Of a stretch of DNA of 64,000 nt, positions 48,449-57,565 are shown piece after piece. How positions within the stretch are numbered: position 1 is the stretch's first letter; every line of letters starts with the position of its first letter. This stretch comes from Candidatus Woesearchaeota archaeon. GTDB taxonomy: Archaea; Nanobdellota; Nanobdellia; SCGC-AAA011-G17; JACPIM01. Both the position numbers and the translations under genes were made by a program. The stretch covers positions 1 to 64,000 of the forward strand of contig CAZELK010000004.1 in the NCBI GenBank assembly GCA_964513145.1. The letters are read 5' to 3'. The notes below the pieces were generated by a model that worked only from the letters and a program-made list of their open reading frames with translations, did no database searches and was not told the DNA's origin.

Positions 48449-49756
48449 TTGTTGAAAAAAAGAGTTATTATAATTGGTGCAATGGGTAGGGATCTGCATA
48501 ACTATATTATGTATTTCAAAGATAATCCAATCTATGAAGTTGTTGCTTTTACTAATACTCAAATCCCAACTCTAAAACATAATAAAATTCCAAAAATAAT
48601 TACAGAAGATAAAGAAATACCCATACATCCTGAAGAAGAATTATCTTGGTTAATTAAACATTATAATATAAATGAATGTGTTCTTTCGTATTCTGATTTA
48701 AGTGCTAAAGAATTATCTGATAAAGCTTCAATAGTATTAGCTGCTGGAGCTGATTTTAAACTTCTTGGACCTAATAGTACAATGATAAAATCTCAGAAAC
48801 CCTTAATATGCATTAATGCTACTAGAACTGGGGCTGGTAAAGGAACCATCGCTCGTTATTTTTTAAATATATTAAAAAAACTAAATAAAAACCCAACTGT
48901 AATTCGTCATCCTATGACCTACAATAGGAAATTAGAAAAACAGATTGTTCAGAGATTTAGCAATTATAATGATTTAGATAAGTTTGAGACAACTTTGGAA
49001 GAAAGAGAAGAATATCAACCATATATAGATAATGGGTATATTGTTTATGCTGGAGTTAATTATAAATTTATTTTAAAAAAAGCGGAAAAAGAATCTGATT
49101 TTATAGTCTATGAGGGGGGAAATAATGACATATCTTTTTTTAAACCTGACTTATATGTAACTGTAGTTGACCCTTTAAGAATTGATGGTTTATTTTCTTA
49201 TCCTGGAGAAACAAATGTGAGATTAGCAGATATTTTAATTATTAACAAAGTTAATTTAGTAAAAAATAAGGATATCTATTTATTAATTAGTGAAATTAAA
49301 AAAATAAATAATAAAGCCCAAATTATAAAGGGAAATTCTATAATTTCTGTGGATAAACCTAATTTAATCAGGAATAAAAATGTCTTAGTTATTGAAGATT
49401 CACCAACAGTTACACATGGCTATTTAGGATATGCAGCAGGCTATATTGCAGCTAAAAAATTTAAAGCCAGGAAAATAATCGATCCAAGACCCTATGCTGT
49501 TGGTTCATTTAAGGAAATTTTTAAGAAATATAAACATATAAAAAATGTATTACCGAGTACTGGATATGATAAAAATGAATTAGATGATTTAGAAAAAACA
49601 ATTAATAATTCTAAATGTGATTCTGTTATTTTTGGGACTCCTTGTGATTTAACTAAAGTCATTAAAATAAATAAACCAATTGTAAAAGTTAATTATTTTT
49701 TTGAAGAAATTGGAAAACCTAAATTATTAAAAATTATAAAAAATAAATTTAAATAA
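48449..49756 (+). CDS. arcE: Arginine synthetase ArcE (cDPG-synthetase-like P-loop protein)
   Basis: IIGAMGRDLHN, TRTGAGKG, RHPM, TLEEREEYQP, EGGNND, DPRPYAVGS; resembles the Thermococcus ArcE family as recalled; next to carbamate kinase. Confidence 0.8.
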   Translation: MLKKRVIIIGAMGRDLHNYIMYFKDNPIYEVVAFTNTQIPTLKHNKIPKIITEDKEIPIHPEEELSWLIKHYNINECVLSYSDLSAKELSDKASIVLAAGADFKLLGPNSTMIKSQKPLICINATRTGAGKGTIARYFLNILKKLNKNPTVIRHPMTYNRKLEKQIVQRFSNYNDLDKFETTLEEREEYQPYIDNGYIVYAGVNYKFILKKAEKESDFIVYEGGNNDISFFKPDLYVTVVDPLRIDGLFSYPGETNVRLADILIINKVNLVKNKDIYLLISEIKKINNKAQIIKGNSIISVDKPNLIRNKNVLVIEDSPTVTHGYLGYAAGYIAAKKFKARKIIDPRPYAVGSFKEIFKKYKHIKNVLPSTGYDKNELDDLEKTINNSKCDSVIFGTPCDLTKVIKINKPIVKVNYFFEEIGKPKLLKIIKNKFK

Positions 49757-49758
49757 TT

Positions 49759-50949
49759 CTATTTCTTAGGGAGTTTGTACAAAGAATAAGGAGCGATACC
49801 TATACCGAGTTTATCAAACATATAATCACTTATTTCTCCACCAGTCATACCTTTTCTTCTAAGAATAATAAGTTTATTTCTAATTTTAGGATTTAAATCT
49901 CTAATTAAAACTCTTTTTTTGATCATTTTAGCTAATCTTTTTAGTTTTCTTTTTCTACCTTCTGCTTTTAAGAAAATATTTATTTTTAAGGCGTTTAAAA
50001 TACTTTCCTCATTTGAGACTGAAACCGCATCACCATCAGGATAAGAATGAATTTTTAGTTTTTTAAGAATTTTTATAAAAAGTTCTTTATTTGGATCACA
50101 AGCAATTTCTACTCTCCAAAAATTATGGGCTGAACCATCACCATCACATACTCCTTGCAGGAATGATATTAAAAATTTAGTTGGACAATCTAATAACCAA
50201 TTCATTCTAACATTATTGTATGTTGTCCCTTCATTTTCTTTTAATCCTAGACAAGTTTTTATTAAGAATTTTATGAATGGGGATTTTTCTGATATCCACC
50301 TATATAAGCCAAATGGTCTCCTCTTTTCTATTTTATTATAATCTTTTATTCTCTTAGCTTTTATACCTAAATAATTAAAATTTTTGGATGTAAAATTTCC
50401 TATTTTTAAACTCCAATCATATTTTTTAGTAAGTGCTAGAAGAAATTGATTAGAAAATCTATATCCTTTGGGTTTACTACTATCGCTAACCATCATTCCC
50501 AATATGTATGCAAGGGCTTTTTCTTTTAATTTATGATTCGAATTATTTTTGCCAAGTTGGTTAATTACATAAGTGATCTCTTTATAAGAATTAATTTTTA
50601 GTGAAACTTCAATATAAGAATTATAAGTATGCCCACCTTGTTTGGAATGCAATGGTAATAATTTATTTCTTTTTTTAATTTTAATATTGGGAACAGATTC
50701 GGCTAATAAGATCAAATATGGTTTACATATTAAATTATTCCTAACTTTATTGTAATCTAATCTTAATTTTTTAGCTATTTGAGCACAAGATAAACCTTTA
50801 TTTTTTAAATTTGTAACTTTGAAGTAATTTTTGCATCTTGTTCTATGGGTTGTGTAAAATTCTCCGCTTATTAAATCTTCATAAAAATATAGTTTCTTTA
50901 ATCTATTTAATAATTCTTTAATACTATTTATTTCGTTTGCACTAACCAC
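49759..50949 (-). CDS. Free-standing double-motif LAGLIDADG endonuclease with HTH-like ends
   Basis: ALAYILGMMVSDS and FLQGVCDGDGS; N-terminal LSCAQIAKKL; no intein splicing motifs. Confidence 0.8.
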   Translation of the reverse strand: MVSANEINSIKELLNRLKKLYFYEDLISGEFYTTHRTRCKNYFKVTNLKNKGLSCAQIAKKLRLDYNKVRNNLICKPYLILLAESVPNIKIKKRNKLLPLHSKQGGHTYNSYIEVSLKINSYKEITYVINQLGKNNSNHKLKEKALAYILGMMVSDSSKPKGYRFSNQFLLALTKKYDWSLKIGNFTSKNFNYLGIKAKRIKDYNKIEKRRPFGLYRWISEKSPFIKFLIKTCLGLKENEGTTYNNVRMNWLLDCPTKFLISFLQGVCDGDGSAHNFWRVEIACDPNKELFIKILKKLKIHSYPDGDAVSVSNEESILNALKINIFLKAEGRKRKLKRLAKMIKKRVLIRDLNPKIRNKLIILRRKGMTGGEISDYMFDKLGIGIAPYSLYKLPKK

Positions 50950-50952
50950 CCT

Positions 50953-51444
50953 TTATATTTTTAATTTCTTCTTGTTTTTTGGATAATTTCTCTTTTCATA
51001 TTCCAGTAATTTCTTTTTTAAAAAAACCACTTCAACAGAATTATAATTTGGAGTAAAGTCGCCTTTTCTATTAAATTGTTCTAGGCAGTGTTTTATTTCT
51101 TCAATATCAGCTAAATCTAGTTCTTCATCATTCCATAAACAAACTAATCTGTCTTCTGGATAAAAATATTTGAAATAATCATCATTAAAATGACCGCATT
51201 CAGCACAATACAAATTCAAACCAACTTCTCTTATCCAGAATTGCGGTTCTCTTTCTTTCCCCATAACTTTGAATTCTCTTTTTTCTTCTTCAATTATTCC
51301 CCAGACAATTTCAAGATAAAATAATGGCGATTTACAATAAGAACATAGTACTGGATTATCTTGTTGTGCTAAACTCCATCTTCTAGTAGATTTTATACTA
51401 TCTGCAATTAGTACTGATTTGTTTATTCTTTCAACTTCGTTCAT
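50953..51444 (-). CDS. Zn-finger hypothetical protein
   Basis: CSYC...CAEC; ATG at 51444 preferred because the listed GTG lies inside the upstream RNA stem. Confidence 0.65.
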   Translation of the reverse strand: MNEVERINKSVLIADSIKSTRRWSLAQQDNPVLCSYCKSPLFYLEIVWGIIEEEKREFKVMGKEREPQFWIREVGLNLYCAECGHFNDDYFKYFYPEDRLVCLWNDEELDLADIEEIKHCLEQFNRKGDFTPNYNSVEVVFLKKKLLEYEKRNYPKNKKKLKI

Positions 51445-51452
51445 TTTATTGT

Positions 51453-51659
51453 AATTGCCGATAGTGAAACGCACTTGTAATTTGAGCTTTGAATTTTGAG
51501 CCTTGACTATGGTTATGATAAGCTTTGAACTTTGGTCTTTTAGCCCACCAGCCCTGTCATGGGAACAAAATGATTTACTTTATTCGGATGTAGACTCAAA
51601 ACAAAATAAATCAAAGCACTATCTCGAACTATCGGCAACTTATCTATTTGATAGATAAG
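51453..51659 (-). ncRNA. Putative structured ncRNA downstream of the DIP1984-like gene
   Basis: Closing stem AGUUGCCGAUAGU / ACUAUCGGCAAUU (51628-51640 with 51453-51465), fully paired on the minus strand with one G-U; internal hairpins; seven CAA-phased heptamers. Confidence 0.6.
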
Positions 51660-51673
51660 CAAAAATTTGGCAG

Positions 51674-52132
51674 CTAAATTAATAATTCCGCAGTCCAATT
51701 AGTTATTTGTATTTTATTATCTAAATTTGTTTTTTCTACTTGTAATTTCTCGATTTCTTCTTCTATTTTTTTCTCTTCAATTAATGGGTGTTTGTCTACA
51801 TCATTTTTTTCTCTAAATAAGTAATCTCTTTTTCTCTCAAATAAATTGCCCATATCTGAAATCCTTGCTCTTAGATCGCTTATTTTTAATATTGCTTCTG
51901 CTACTGTAATATCACCATCAATAAGTCTTATGCCTAAATTAGTTTTTTGAATCTTTAATTTTAATTGCTTAATTTCTTCTGTTTTTTCATTAATTTGTTT
52001 AGTTAAATCCCTTATATCGAATGGTGGTTTTTTCTTAGTTTCAATGTAGAAGTTTTCTTTTCTTAAATTTACTAACCTAGATAATCTTGCTTTTTCTTTT
52101 TTCAACAATGACAATGCTTCACCTAATTTCAT
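51674..52132 (-). CDS. DIP1984/DUF6847-like coiled-coil protein
   Basis: MKLGEAL..K...L..L...; I.KTN...; .T.AEAI...L; LDNKIQITNW. Confidence 0.8.
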   Translation of the reverse strand: MKLGEALSLLKKEKARLSRLVNLRKENFYIETKKKPPFDIRDLTKQINEKTEEIKQLKLKIQKTNLGIRLIDGDITVAEAILKISDLRARISDMGNLFERKRDYLFREKNDVDKHPLIEEKKIEEEIEKLQVEKTNLDNKIQITNWTAELLI

Positions 52133-52191
52133 TTTAATTTTTAAAAACTAACTTATTTAAATATTTATGACGTATGTTTTTGTGGGTGCAA

Positions 52192-52401
52192 CTACACTGA
52201 TTTTTCTTTACCGTCCAAATAAGTTATAAAACATGTTCTATTATTCTCATCTTTAGCTAAATAACTGAATAATAGCTTACCTTTTTGCAGACATGACCCT
52301 ATTGCGACTAATTTGTTTATAGAAATACTAAATGTTGCTCTTTTTTGTGAAACTTTACATTTCCAGCCGATATTATCAAAAATTATTTCCATCAAATACA
52401 T
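52192..52401 (-). CDS. Small beta-rich hypothetical protein (possibly swapped-hairpin DNA binder)
   Basis: IIFDNIGWKCKVSQ...SINKLVAIG...GKLLFSYLA; fold is inferred. Confidence 0.5.
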   Translation of the reverse strand: MYLMEIIFDNIGWKCKVSQKRATFSISINKLVAIGSCLQKGKLLFSYLAKDENNRTCFITYLDGKEKSV

Positions 52402-52508
52402 AAATATAATTTAATATATAAGTGTTAGGCAGATATCTGAAATGTCCAGTAGTTTTTTGTCTAGTGAAATTAAATGAATTATATTGTTGATATAAGTCGT
52501 AATAAAAT

Positions 52509-52617
52509 CCGGAAGATTTTCGGTGTCCAGTTGGTATTTCCTGAAAAGTTTTCGGTTTAATATTTAAATAAGCCAAAAGATTTACGAAACTAAGTGTAAA
52601 AACCGGAAGATTTTCGG
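52509..52617. repeat. Four quasi-palindromic 15-mers at 32/32/30-bp spacing
   Basis: ccggaagattttcgg (52509, 52603), ctgaaaagttttcgg (52541), ccaaaagatttacga (52573). Confidence 0.7.
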
Positions 52618-52657
52618 AAGTAAAGATTATAAACTATTAAGAAATTGAAAAAGTGAC

Positions 52658-53086
52658 ATGACATGTCCTTTTTGTGATAAAAAAGTCATAGAAAATCAAA
52701 AAATATTTGAGACTCTAACAGAATTTGTTATTTACAATATTAGGCCGGCAAATAAGGGACAATGTTTAGTAATACCAAAAAGACATGTAACAAATATAAG
52801 AGAGCTTTCTGAAAATGAATTATCCAGTTTATTTAATACTGTTAAATTTGTTTCTGAAAAATTAAATTCTGCATTAAAGGCTAAAGGATTTAATTATGGA
52901 TTTAACGAGGAAAAAATTGCTGGACAAAGTATTGAACATTTTCATTTTCACATATTGCCAAGATATACAAATGATAAAATTCCCGAATTTCATTTGTTTC
53001 ATCGTGATCCAAAAACAAAGAAAAATCTTGAAGAAAAAGAACTGAAAAAATTTGTTGAAGAATTTAAAAGTTTTTTTGCTGAATAA
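52658..53086 (+). CDS. HIT-family hydrolase
   Basis: CPFC; histidine triad EHFHFHILPR. Confidence 0.92.
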   Translation: MTCPFCDKKVIENQKIFETLTEFVIYNIRPANKGQCLVIPKRHVTNIRELSENELSSLFNTVKFVSEKLNSALKAKGFNYGFNEEKIAGQSIEHFHFHILPRYTNDKIPEFHLFHRDPKTKKNLEEKELKKFVEEFKSFFAE

Positions 53087-53098
53087 ATTTTATGGAGA

Positions 53099-53398
53099 TT
53101 ATAGTTCTATAAAAATTTCTTCGTTTTTTACTTCGACTTTATAAGAATTTAATTTACCCATTCCAGGCATTATGTTTTGGCCTGTTTTTACATCATATTG
53201 CCAGCCATGCAATGGACAAGTAATATTATTTCCTTCCAAATCCCCTTCTGCCAATGGACCACCAACATGCAAACAATCATTATCTATTGCAAAAAATTGA
53301 TCATTGATTTTAAACAAAACTATTTCTTTGTCATTAACCTTAACTAATTTACGATTGTTTGTTAATTCTGAAACTTTTGCGACTTTGGTTTTTACCAT
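53099..53398 (-). CDS. Rieske [2Fe-2S] ferredoxin
   Basis: CLHVGGPL...CPLHGW; start MVKTKV at 53398. Confidence 0.92.
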   Translation of the reverse strand: MVKTKVAKVSELTNNRKLVKVNDKEIVLFKINDQFFAIDNDCLHVGGPLAEGDLEGNNITCPLHGWQYDVKTGQNIMPGMGKLNSYKVEVKNEEIFIEL

Positions 53399-53438
53399 AG
53401 GAAAAGTATTAAATAATTGGTTAAAATACTTTTTGTTT

Positions 53439-54011
53439 ATGTATAAAGCCATAATTTTATTTGGGGCTCCTGGAACTGGCAAGGGGACGCAAGCAGAACT
53501 TCTTATGAAAAAGGGGGGGTATTTTCATTTTTCTACAGGAAATATGTTTAGGAATTTAGATAAAAAAACTAAAACTGGAAAAGTTATTATTGATTTAATT
53601 GATCATGGAAATTTTGTGCCTGATGATTTAGCATTGAAATTATTTGAAGAAACATTAGATAAGTATGTCAATGATAAAAGATTTAACCCTGAAAAGGAAA
53701 TATTAATTTTAGATGGGATTCCAAGAACAAAAGAACAGGTACATCATTTAAGAAAGGTTGTTGACATTAAAAAAATTATTTATTTTGTCATTAAAGATGA
53801 AGTTGCTATAGAAAGAACAACAAAAAAAAGATCTGGAGAAGAAAACAGGGAAGATGATAAAAATGCTGATATTGTTAAAAAAAGATTAGAGACTTTTAAA
53901 AGAATTACTCTTCCTATTTTAAAAGAATATAAAAAAGATCTCATTGTGGAAATAAATGGAGAAAGAAGTGTAGATGAGATACATAGAGATATTTTAAGAA
54001 TTTTAAAATAA
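53439..54011 (+). CDS. adk: Adenylate/nucleoside monophosphate kinase
   Basis: FGAPGTGKGTQA, STGNMFR, LDGIPRT; start MYKAII at 53439. Confidence 0.9.
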   Translation: MYKAIILFGAPGTGKGTQAELLMKKGGYFHFSTGNMFRNLDKKTKTGKVIIDLIDHGNFVPDDLALKLFEETLDKYVNDKRFNPEKEILILDGIPRTKEQVHHLRKVVDIKKIIYFVIKDEVAIERTTKKRSGEENREDDKNADIVKKRLETFKRITLPILKEYKKDLIVEINGERSVDEIHRDILRILK

Positions 54012-54057
54012 TTAAATTTATATTTGATATCGTTATAGTATTCCCAGGGGTGAAATT

Positions 54058-54999
54058 ATAAAACATTTATTAAGTATTAAGGATTTAAGCAAAAAAGAAA
54101 TATTAGAATTTATTAAATTAGGCATAAAAATCAAAGATAACCCTAAAAAATATTCTAAAAGTTTATTTGAAAAAACATTGTTATTATTTTTTGAACAGCC
54201 TTCTTTAAGGACAGAGATTTCCTTTGAGACAGCCATATTTCAAATGGGTGGTGAAGCAATAGACTATCATACTGAAAACTCACCATGGAAAATCGGGAAA
54301 GAAAGCCTGGAAGATGTTGCCAAGGTTATAAGCCAATATTGTGATGTTGCAGCCTTAAGAATAAATGACCATGATGATTTAGTAAAATTTTCTAAAAATT
54401 CCAGCATACCAATTATTAATGCAATGACGTCATTTGAACATCCCTGCCAAATTTTGGGAGATTTAATGACTATTTTTGAAATTAAAAAGAGTTTTAAAAA
54501 TCTAAAATTAACTTATTTGGGAGACAGCAACAATAATGTTACACATTCGCTAATTTATGGATGCACAAAATTAGGCATTGATATTTCTATTGGGTGCCCT
54601 TCTGAAAAAGAGTTTATGCCTCTACAATCTGTAATAAAAGACGGAAAAAGATTAAGCAAAATAAACAAATGCGAATTCAAGATTTTTCATGATGCAAATG
54701 AATGTGTGAAAGATTCTAAAATAATTTACACTGATTCATGGATGTCATATAAAATTCCTAAAGAAGAAAAACCAAGAAGAGTAAAATTTCTGAAAGATTT
54801 TCAGGTAAATAAAAATATTATGAAACATGCTGATAAAAATGCAGTATTTATGCATTGCTTGCCTGCATTGAGAGGAGATGAAGTAACTAAAGACGTAATT
54901 GATGGAAAACAAAGCATTGTGTTTAAGCAGGCAAAAAACAGATTATTTTCAGAAAAGGCGATATTGCTTAAATTATTAAAAGGTAGCGTAACCAATTAA
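54058..54999 (+). CDS. arcB: Ornithine carbamoyltransferase, likely catabolic; apparent ATA start
   Basis: FEQPSLRT, HPCQ, YTDSWMSY, HCLP; conserved N-terminus (I)KHLLSIKDLS extends upstream of the listed TTG. Confidence 0.9.
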   Translation: MKHLLSIKDLSKKEILEFIKLGIKIKDNPKKYSKSLFEKTLLLFFEQPSLRTEISFETAIFQMGGEAIDYHTENSPWKIGKESLEDVAKVISQYCDVAALRINDHDDLVKFSKNSSIPIINAMTSFEHPCQILGDLMTIFEIKKSFKNLKLTYLGDSNNNVTHSLIYGCTKLGIDISIGCPSEKEFMPLQSVIKDGKRLSKINKCEFKIFHDANECVKDSKIIYTDSWMSYKIPKEEKPRRVKFLKDFQVNKNIMKHADKNAVFMHCLPALRGDEVTKDVIDGKQSIVFKQAKNRLFSEKAILLKLLKGSVTN

Positions 55000-55406
55000 C
55001 ATTTTACAACCTTCCTTAATTTAAAGAATAAATTTATTTTATTTTGCAATATTTCTTCTTTTACTGGCGGACCATAAGCAATATCGTCTCTTTTATTTAC
55101 AATTTCTTTAACTAAACTTATTATCTCTTCAATATTTCCTATAGAATCAAGCGGAGATACAATTTGTCTTTGAATATAATCTTTTAATTTGTCATCTTTT
55201 TTCTTAAACCATCTATGATTAATTTTTGATCATTCCTTGATTATATTTAAATTATGAAAATGTTGTTCTAAAATATTTACAGCACCCAAAGATAAATAAA
55301 ATGCTAGTCTTCTCTGATGGGGCAATAAACCTCTTTTATCATTTAAAGCCGAATTGATTTCTTCTAAAACTTCATTTATTATCTCCTGATGTTTTTCGAT
55401 TTTCAT
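54996..55406 (-). pseudogene. HEPN-like protein interrupted by in-frame TGA
   Basis: MKIEKH...NLNIIKE*SKINHRWFKK...KRDDIAYG...KC*; stop at 55230-55232. Confidence 0.6.
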
Positions 55407-55485
55407 TTTAAGTCATTTGTCTTAACACAATTAAGACAGGTGTCTACATAATAAAAATTATTAAACTCTAATTTTAGAAATGTGA

Positions 55486-55620
55486 ATGAGAATAAAATCT
55501 GGAAATCAAATTTAATTTAGAGATTTGTTAATAGGTTGCATAGCTCAAGAAAATTGTTATAGTTTAAAAACAAATAATAAAAAACATTTTGAAAGAATTC
55601 CAGGGTTAATTTTATTATAA
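55486..55620 (+). pseudogene. VapC/PIN toxin C-terminal fragment with internal stop
   Basis: KSGNQI*FRDLLIGCIAQEN...LKTNNKKHFERIPGL. Confidence 0.7.
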
Positions 55621-55773
55621 ACTGATTATATCTTTTTAATAAATTCAATCATTCAAAATTTTATTTGAATATCTTGAAAATGTTTCAATAATGCAATTAA
55701 AAGTTCGTAATTCTTCTGAAAATTAAATCACAAACTATTTAAAATAAAAATTACTTAATTACTTTAATAAGAG

Positions 55774-57258
55774 GTGATTAATTTTTTGGAAGTTTATAAA
55801 AACTTTATAGGCGGCAAGTTCATTAATTCAGAATCAGGAAAAACATTTGCAAGCATAAATCCGAGCAATGGAAAAATTTTGGGTTATTTTCAAGAAAGCA
55901 ATAAAAAAGATTTGGACAATGCTATTAAATCTGCTTTAAATGGTTTTAAATTTTGGAGGAATTTTCCAGCACCAAAAAGGGGGGAAATTCTATTTAATGT
56001 TGCCAAATTGCTAAAAGAAAATAAAAAAAGACTAAGCAGATTAGTTACAATGGAAATGGGAAAAGTAATTTCAGAAGCTGAAGGTGATGTGCAAGAGGCA
56101 ATTGATATTTTTGAATATATGGGTGGAGAGGGAAGAAGATTATTTGGGGTAACGACGCCGTCAGAATTAAGAGATAAATTTTGCATGACATTAAGAAGAC
56201 CTTTAGGAATTACTGCCTTGATAACGCCATGGAATTTTCCAATTGCGATTCCTGCATGGAAAATTTCTGCAAGTTTAATTTGCGGAAACAGCGTTATATT
56301 CAAACCAAGTTCTGACACGCCATTATGCGCTTTTGAATTAGTAAAAATATTAGATGATGCTGGCTTGCCTGAGGGAGTTTTAAACTTAATTACTGGAAAA
56401 GGCGAGGAAATTGGAAATGAAATTATAAAGAATAAGAATATTAACTGTATTTCATTTACTGGATCCAGAGAAGTCGGCGAGTTTATTTTAAAAAATTCTG
56501 GTGTTAATAGAATTGGTTTAGAGATGGGTGGCAAAAATCCGATTATAATTATGGATGATGCTAATTTAGATCTTGCTTTAGAAGGCGTGATATGGGGTGG
56601 GTTTGGAACTACAGGGCAAAGATGTACAGCTGCGTCAAGAATAATTCTTCATAATGATATTAAAAAAGAATTTGAAGAGAAATTATTAAAGAAAACTAAA
56701 AAACTGAAAATAGGCGATGGATTAAAAGAAAATACTGATGTCGGTCCTTTAATTGCTGAAAGAGCAATCCACAAAGTAGATTTTTATGTTAGCTCTGGGA
56801 AAAAAGAGGGAGCTCAACTTATTTGTGGTGGGAAAAGAATATCAAGTAGTGGGTTCTTTTATGAGCCCACTATATTCACAAATGTGAAAAAAGAAATGCG
56901 GATAGCAAAAGAAGAAATCTTCGGTCCTGTTATATGCTTGATAAGTGTGAAAGATATTGATGAAGCAATAGAAATATGCAACAGTGTTGACTATGGTTTA
57001 AGCTCCAGTATTTATACTGAGAATATACAAAATGCATTTAAGGCAATTGAGAAAATAGATGCTGGCTTAACTTATGTAAATAGTTCAACTATAGGGAGCG
57101 AAGTTCATTTGCCTTTTGGCGGTGTAAAAAGTACAGGCAATGGAACAAGAGAAGGCGGGTATACTGCTATTGAAGAATTCTCAGAAATTAAAACAGCTTA
57201 TATTGATTATTCAAATAAATTACAAAAAGCACAAATAGATAGCGTGAGAGTGAAATGA
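55774..57258 (+). CDS. NAD(P)-dependent aldehyde dehydrogenase (candidate glutamate-5-semialdehyde/P5C dehydrogenase)
   Basis: ITPWNFP, FTGS, LEMGGKNP, GQRCTA, EEIFGP, LPFGG; start may be TTG 55786 after GAGGTGA. Confidence 0.92.
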   Translation: MINFLEVYKNFIGGKFINSESGKTFASINPSNGKILGYFQESNKKDLDNAIKSALNGFKFWRNFPAPKRGEILFNVAKLLKENKKRLSRLVTMEMGKVISEAEGDVQEAIDIFEYMGGEGRRLFGVTTPSELRDKFCMTLRRPLGITALITPWNFPIAIPAWKISASLICGNSVIFKPSSDTPLCAFELVKILDDAGLPEGVLNLITGKGEEIGNEIIKNKNINCISFTGSREVGEFILKNSGVNRIGLEMGGKNPIIIMDDANLDLALEGVIWGGFGTTGQRCTAASRIILHNDIKKEFEEKLLKKTKKLKIGDGLKENTDVGPLIAERAIHKVDFYVSSGKKEGAQLICGGKRISSSGFFYEPTIFTNVKKEMRIAKEEIFGPVICLISVKDIDEAIEICNSVDYGLSSSIYTENIQNAFKAIEKIDAGLTYVNSSTIGSEVHLPFGGVKSTGNGTREGGYTAIEEFSEIKTAYIDYSNKLQKAQIDSVRVK

Positions 57259-57563
57259 GTTTACAAAAAATATTTGGATATGCTGAGTTAATTATTGGTG
57301 TAATTTTAATATTTGGGGTTATAATTGGTTCTTATTTTGTATTTTCTGTAACTTCAAATATTATATCAAAAGGGGATAATATTATTAGTTCAGCTGCAAG
57401 CAATGCTGGTTTTGAAAAAGAGGAAGTTAGTCAGTATAAACAATCTTTACAAGAAATAATTCCTTTATTAATTTATAGTGTTGGTGGTGTTTATTTACTG
57501 ATATTTTTGTTAATTGGAATTTTATTTAGTTTACAAGGAATCTTGAATATTAGGGAGGAATAA
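57255..57563 (+). CDS. Two-TM membrane protein
   Basis: Overlaps the ALDH stop; two hydrophobic helices. Confidence 0.6.
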   Translation: MSLQKIFGYAELIIGVILIFGVIIGSYFVFSVTSNIISKGDNIISSAASNAGFEKEEVSQYKQSLQEIIPLLIYSVGGVYLLIFLLIGILFSLQGILNIREE

Positions 57564-57565
57564 AA

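Noticed and set aside
28656-50949. Idea that the free-standing LAGLIDADG mobilises the radical SAM mini-intein in trans
   Set aside because: 20 kb apart with no sequence evidence linking them
52376-52576. 66-aa ORF spanning the palindrome array
   Set aside because: No motif or RBS and it overlaps the phased repeats; probably spurious
52509-52617. Possible mini-CRISPR array (32-bp period)
   Set aside because: 15-bp repeats with ~17-bp spacers are too short and degenerate, and no cas genes are present; kept as a binding-site array
55230-55232. In-frame TGA as evidence for TGA=Gly/Trp recoding
   Set aside because: Many clear genes in the window end in TGA (for example at 8661, 41922 and 45453), and the other broken frames use TAA
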